A stretch of 54,992 bases of DNA. It comes from Clostridia bacterium. GTDB taxonomy: Bacteria > Bacillota > Clostridia > Oscillospirales > CAG-272. The translations under genes and the position numbers were made by a program. A model generated the notes under the pieces. It did not search any database, was not told the DNA's origin, and saw nothing but the letters and a program-made list of their open reading frames with translations. This document shows, in pieces, positions 51,833 to 54,992 of the stretch (positions are counted from its first letter, which is position 1; each line of letters opens with the position of its first letter). The stretch lies in contig CAADYQ010000066.1 of the NCBI GenBank assembly GCA_900753295.1, forward strand, positions 1 to 54,992. Direction: 5' to 3'.

Positions 51833-52456
51833 ATGAGTATTCACGATGACGCTTCCGCTGCACGGATACCCGTTCTTGTTGCGTCGCGCCGCTGTCACTC
51901 GGCGGATGCGATAATGAGCTATTTATCCGAAAACATGGACATGCTTTTCCCGATAGTTCCTGCCGTAAGCTGCGCCGAGGCGCGGCGGCTGTATGGCTCC
52001 TCCGAGCTTGCGCCGGAGGCAGGGACACCCTGCATTGCGGTGATAAATTCTCCGCTATGCGACGGAGACGGCGTGGCTCTCGCGCGCGAGCTTACCGCGC
52101 GGGGCGCGGTGGTCATGCTCATCGTTTCGGCGGCTCTCTATTCCGGCGGCGCGCGCGAGGCGGCGCGCGACGGCATTTTTGTACTGCCGCGACCTGTGGG
52201 AGAGTCCGAAATGTGGTCGGTGCTTTGGTTCATGCTTGCGGCATGCCGGCGGCTTTCCGGCGTCGTTGATGAACGCGGTCGCATTGAAGAAAAGCTCGAC
52301 GAGCTTAAAATAATCGACCGCGCAAAGTGGCTCCTTATCGATTATCTTAAAATGAATGAGGAGCAGGCGCACAGGTATATCGCAAAGCAGGCGATGGACC
52401 TGCGCATCACGCGCCTTGAGGCGGCAAAGAATATTCTGAAAACTTACCTCGGCTGA
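51833..52456 (+). CDS. ANTAR-domain RNA-binding antiterminator with a pseudo-receiver N-domain
   Basis: C-terminal ANTAR LKIIDRAKWLLIDYLKMNEEQAHRYIAKQAMDLRITRLEAAKNIL. The receiver-like region has IAVINSPLCDGDG where the phospho-Asp would be. GGAGG RBS. Confidence 0.8.
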   Translation: MSIHDDASAARIPVLVASRRCHSADAIMSYLSENMDMLFPIVPAVSCAEARRLYGSSELAPEAGTPCIAVINSPLCDGDGVALARELTARGAVVMLIVSAALYSGGAREAARDGIFVLPRPVGESEMWSVLWFMLAACRRLSGVVDERGRIEEKLDELKIIDRAKWLLIDYLKMNEEQAHRYIAKQAMDLRITRLEAAKNILKTYLG

Positions 52457-52484
52457 CACAAGCCGTGACGAAAGGACAATATAT

Positions 52485-54014
52485 ATGAACAATCAAACCA
52501 TTGTGATCCTCGACTTTGGCGGGCAGTACAAGGAGCTGATAGCCAGACGCGTGCGTGAATGCGGCGTGTATTCGGTCATACTCCCCTACGACACCGATGT
52601 CGAGGAGGTCGCAGCTCTCAAACCGATAGGGATCATTTTCACCGGCGGACCCAACAGCGTGTACGCCGAGGATTCCCCCAAATGCTCTATGGGCATTTTC
52701 AAGCTCGGCGTTCCGGTGCTCGGAATATGCTACGGTATGCAGCTTATCTGCCACCTCTTCGGTGGAACGGTTGTCACATGCCACGCCAGCGAATACGGTA
52801 CGCTTGATGCAAAGGTGGACACGACATCCGATCTTTTCAGACAGCTCTCACCCGAACAGCCCGTCCTTATGAGTCATACCGATATGGTTTCCAAGCTGCC
52901 CTCAGGTTTCCGCCCGATCGCTTCCACGGCGTTTTGCCCTGTTGCGGCTTTTGAGAACTTCGGCGAAAAAATATTCGGCGTGCAGTTCCATCCTGAGGTC
53001 GAAAATACCCGTAACGGCAGTAAGATGATAAACAACTTCCTTTATCGCGTATGCGGTGCCGCCGGAGATTATTCTATGGAGGACTACCTCAGCCGCAAGG
53101 TCAAGGAAGTGAAGGAAAGAGTGGGCAACAAGAGAGTGCTGCTCGGACTTTCCGGCGGTGTTGACTCGTCAGTTTGCGCGGCGCTGCTTTCGCGCGCGAT
53201 ACCCGGTCAGCTCGTTTGCATTTATGTTGACCACGGATTCATGCGCAAGGGCGAGACCCAGCAGATACGTGAGGCATTTGAGGGACGCGATCTTGATTTT
53301 GTTTACGTTGACGCAAAGGACAGATTCATATCCAAGCTCGCGGGCGTTACCGACCCCGAGCAGAAGCGCAAGATAATCGGCGCCGAGTTTGCCCGCACCT
53401 TTGAGGACGAGGCGAAAAAGCACGGCTCGCCCGAATTTCTGGCGCAGGGAACGATATATCCCGACGTTGTTGAGTCGGGAAGCAAGAACAAGTCGGCGGT
53501 CATCAAGAGCCACCACAATGTCGGCGGACTTCCTGCCGATCTCGGCTTTGAGGGCGTTATCGAGCCGCTCAGTCTCCTGTTCAAGGATGAGGTACGCCGC
53601 CTCGGTATACTTCTCGGACTGCCCAAAAAGCTCGTGTGGCGTCAGCCCTTCCCGGGCCCCGGACTTGCGATACGTATCGTAGGCGAGGTGACTGAGGAGA
53701 AGCTCAATATCCTGCGCGAAGCCGATGCGATCGTTCGCGAGGAAATAGGACGCTGCCGCGTGCGCGCCGATCAGTACTTTGCGGTCATGACCGACACACG
53801 CAGCGTGGGAGTTATGGGCGATTTCCGCACATACGAAAATGTTATTGCAGTTCGTGCGGTCCGCACCGGCGACTTCATGACCTGCGAGTACGCAAGACTG
53901 CCGTACCCGCTGCTCACCCGCATTTCGTCGAGAATAACCAACGAGGTCCGCGGAGTCAATCGCGTGGTTTATGATATCACCGCTAAGCCCCCGGCAACCA
54001 TCGAGTGGGAATAA
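52485..54014 (+). CDS. guaA: GMP synthase (glutamine-hydrolysing)
   Basis: GATase ILDFGGQY, GICYGMQL, QFHPE. ATP-PPase LGLSGGVDSSV. C-terminus KPPATIEWE. Confidence 0.96.
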   Translation: MNNQTIVILDFGGQYKELIARRVRECGVYSVILPYDTDVEEVAALKPIGIIFTGGPNSVYAEDSPKCSMGIFKLGVPVLGICYGMQLICHLFGGTVVTCHASEYGTLDAKVDTTSDLFRQLSPEQPVLMSHTDMVSKLPSGFRPIASTAFCPVAAFENFGEKIFGVQFHPEVENTRNGSKMINNFLYRVCGAAGDYSMEDYLSRKVKEVKERVGNKRVLLGLSGGVDSSVCAALLSRAIPGQLVCIYVDHGFMRKGETQQIREAFEGRDLDFVYVDAKDRFISKLAGVTDPEQKRKIIGAEFARTFEDEAKKHGSPEFLAQGTIYPDVVESGSKNKSAVIKSHHNVGGLPADLGFEGVIEPLSLLFKDEVRRLGILLGLPKKLVWRQPFPGPGLAIRIVGEVTEEKLNILREADAIVREEIGRCRVRADQYFAVMTDTRSVGVMGDFRTYENVIAVRAVRTGDFMTCEYARLPYPLLTRISSRITNEVRGVNRVVYDITAKPPATIEWE

Positions 54015-54034
54015 TACGATACAAAATATAATAT

Positions 54035-54076
54035 GTCCCCGTGTGTGCTGCGCCATGGCGCGGCACGCACGGGGAC
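54035..54076 (+). terminator. Very stable 20-bp hairpin after guaA (no clear U-tract)
   Basis: GTCCCCGTGTGTGCTGCGCC-AT-GGCGCGGCACGCACGGGGAC. The two mismatches are G:U-compatible on the plus strand. Confidence 0.4.
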
Positions 54077-54235
54077 TGTGCATAGATGTCAAAAGACATT
54101 GCTTTGCGGTGCATTATGTCGTATATTTTTCGTCTTGAAAAAATGCCTTCCGCGTGATATAATCCTATATGTTCCGTAGGGAAGTGCGTGCATTTCGGTG
54201 CGCTTTTCCAGGGGACGTGCAGGAGGTGTTGTTAT

Positions 54236-54520
54236 ATGAAAGCTCATGGTGTCCGTGCGCAGGAGCGCGGTGCTTGCAGCCGCGCGTTCAGGGCTGCGTT
54301 GCCTTATTCGCTGCCGGTATGTGTCGGTTTTTTGTTTATGGCTATGTCGTACGGATTTATGATGCGCAGCCGCGGCTTTCCTATAATATATCCGATAGTC
54401 ATGAGCTGCTTTATATATGCGGGAGCAATGGAGTTTGTTACCGCCGAGCTGTTGCTTGCGCAGTTCGATCCGGTCCGTGCGTTCTTGATGACGCTTATGA
54501 TAAATGCGCGGCACCTGTGA
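54236..54520 (+). pseudogene. AzlC-family (branched-chain amino-acid exporter) N-terminal fragment
   Basis: AFRAALPYSLPVCVGFLFMAMSYGFMM...SCFIYAGAMEFV...LMTLMINARHL then a stop. This covers about 95 of the ~230 aa expected. AGGAGG RBS. Confidence 0.5.
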
Positions 54521-54882
54521 GCGCATATATCGACAGCATTGATGAATGTCTTGCCGGTGGGAAGGCTGTTCCGCAGTGGTATATGGCAGTCGCGGATGGC
54601 GCGATAGTCGGCGGTCTTGGCGTTATCGAAAATGATTTTCACGAAAGGCGCGACCTTGCGCCCAATGTCTGCGCGGTGTTTACCGACGAGAAACACCGTT
54701 GCCGCGGCATTGCCGGCGCGTTGCTCGACCTTGCCTGCCGTGATATGAAGGCGCGCGGGATCGGCACGCTTTATCTTGTGACAGACCATGTGGGGTTCTA
54801 TGAGCGCTACGGTTGGAGCTTTTTGTGTCACGTGAAATGTGACGACGGGTCGGTCTCAAGAATGTATACGCACGTGAGCTGA
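54481..54882 (+). pseudogene. GNAT-family N-acetyltransferase lacking its start and first ~10 codons
   Basis: SAYIDSIDECLAGGKAVPQWYMAV...GGLGVIENDFHERRDLAPNVCAVFTDEKHRCRGIAGALL...LYLVTDHVGFYERYGWSF. No start codon at the expected position. Confidence 0.5.
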
Positions 54883-54898
54883 ATGCTGTAATATCTAA

Positions 54899-54938
54899 AG
54901 CACCGTGGTGCCGCGCCAAAGCGCGCCACCACGGTGCT
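54899..54938 (+). terminator. Hairpin after the GNAT fragment
   Basis: AGCACCGTGGTGCCGCGC-CAAA-GCGCGCCACCACGGTGCT, an 18-bp stem with one mismatch and a weak T-tract. Confidence 0.45.
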
Positions 54939-54992
54939 GTTAAATAGGCGCGATCACATGATCTTTACGTCGCGCATGAGGAGCTTGGAGGG

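Noticed and set aside
54169-54882. 237-aa ORF as a single gene
   Set aside because: Only the C-terminal ~125 aa look like a GNAT. The N-terminal half overlaps a better-supported AzlC fragment in another frame and is Cys/Arg-rich nonsense.

Overview
The window has two parts.

(1) nt 1 to ~26080 is the right-hand ~26 kb of an integrated temperate, siphovirus-type prophage in a fairly GC-rich, Clostridia-like host. The left prophage end is outside the window. Most genes are on the minus strand and read leftwards from a Cro-like gene at 22.6 kb:
- An early/replication module: membrane-anchored SLT transglycosylase, DUF2800 Cas4-like nuclease, DUF2815 SSB-like protein, family-A DNA polymerase, about 12 small ORFs, a frameshifted RtcB RNA ligase, a MazG-like protein, a VirE-type primase/helicase, VRR-NUC and an SNF2 helicase.
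- A sigma-region-4-like late regulator.
- An unusual accessory block: a terminator-bracketed unit (DUF4417, HExxH zincin, two mini-ORFs) followed by a JAB/RadC-like protein.
- terS, terL, portal and the 5' end of a minor-capsid gene.

The plus-strand lysogeny arm is a cI-like repressor, an unknown 277-aa ORF and a large serine recombinase. The recombinase ORF runs into a near-perfect 165-bp-period tandem duplication of a highly structured element at the phage/host junction.

(2) nt ~26.1 to 55 kb is ordinary host chromosome:
- Two membrane proteins.
- Two paralogous ECF-like sigma/anti-sigma pairs.
- GTP-PEPCK.
- An FtsX-type ABC pair.
- gltX-glnS and a DUF1294 protein.
- A lipoprotein-MBOAT-DHHW envelope cluster.
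- A T-box-controlled pheS-yitT-pheT unit.
- Type III glutamine synthetase placed divergently from an ANTAR regulator.
- guaA.
- A broken AzlC/GNAT junction.

No rRNA, tRNA, CRISPR array or transposase was seen.

The most interesting signals, in order:
- the accessory block in front of terS;
- the structured tandem repeat fused in frame to the integrase 3' end;
- the phage-borne (frameshifted) RtcB;
- a dense GTTACA/TGTAAC iteron field;
- intrinsic terminators standing between the late regulator and the packaging genes;
- the lysogeny-arm moron ORF.

All family assignments come from motif recognition by eye. No database search was run.
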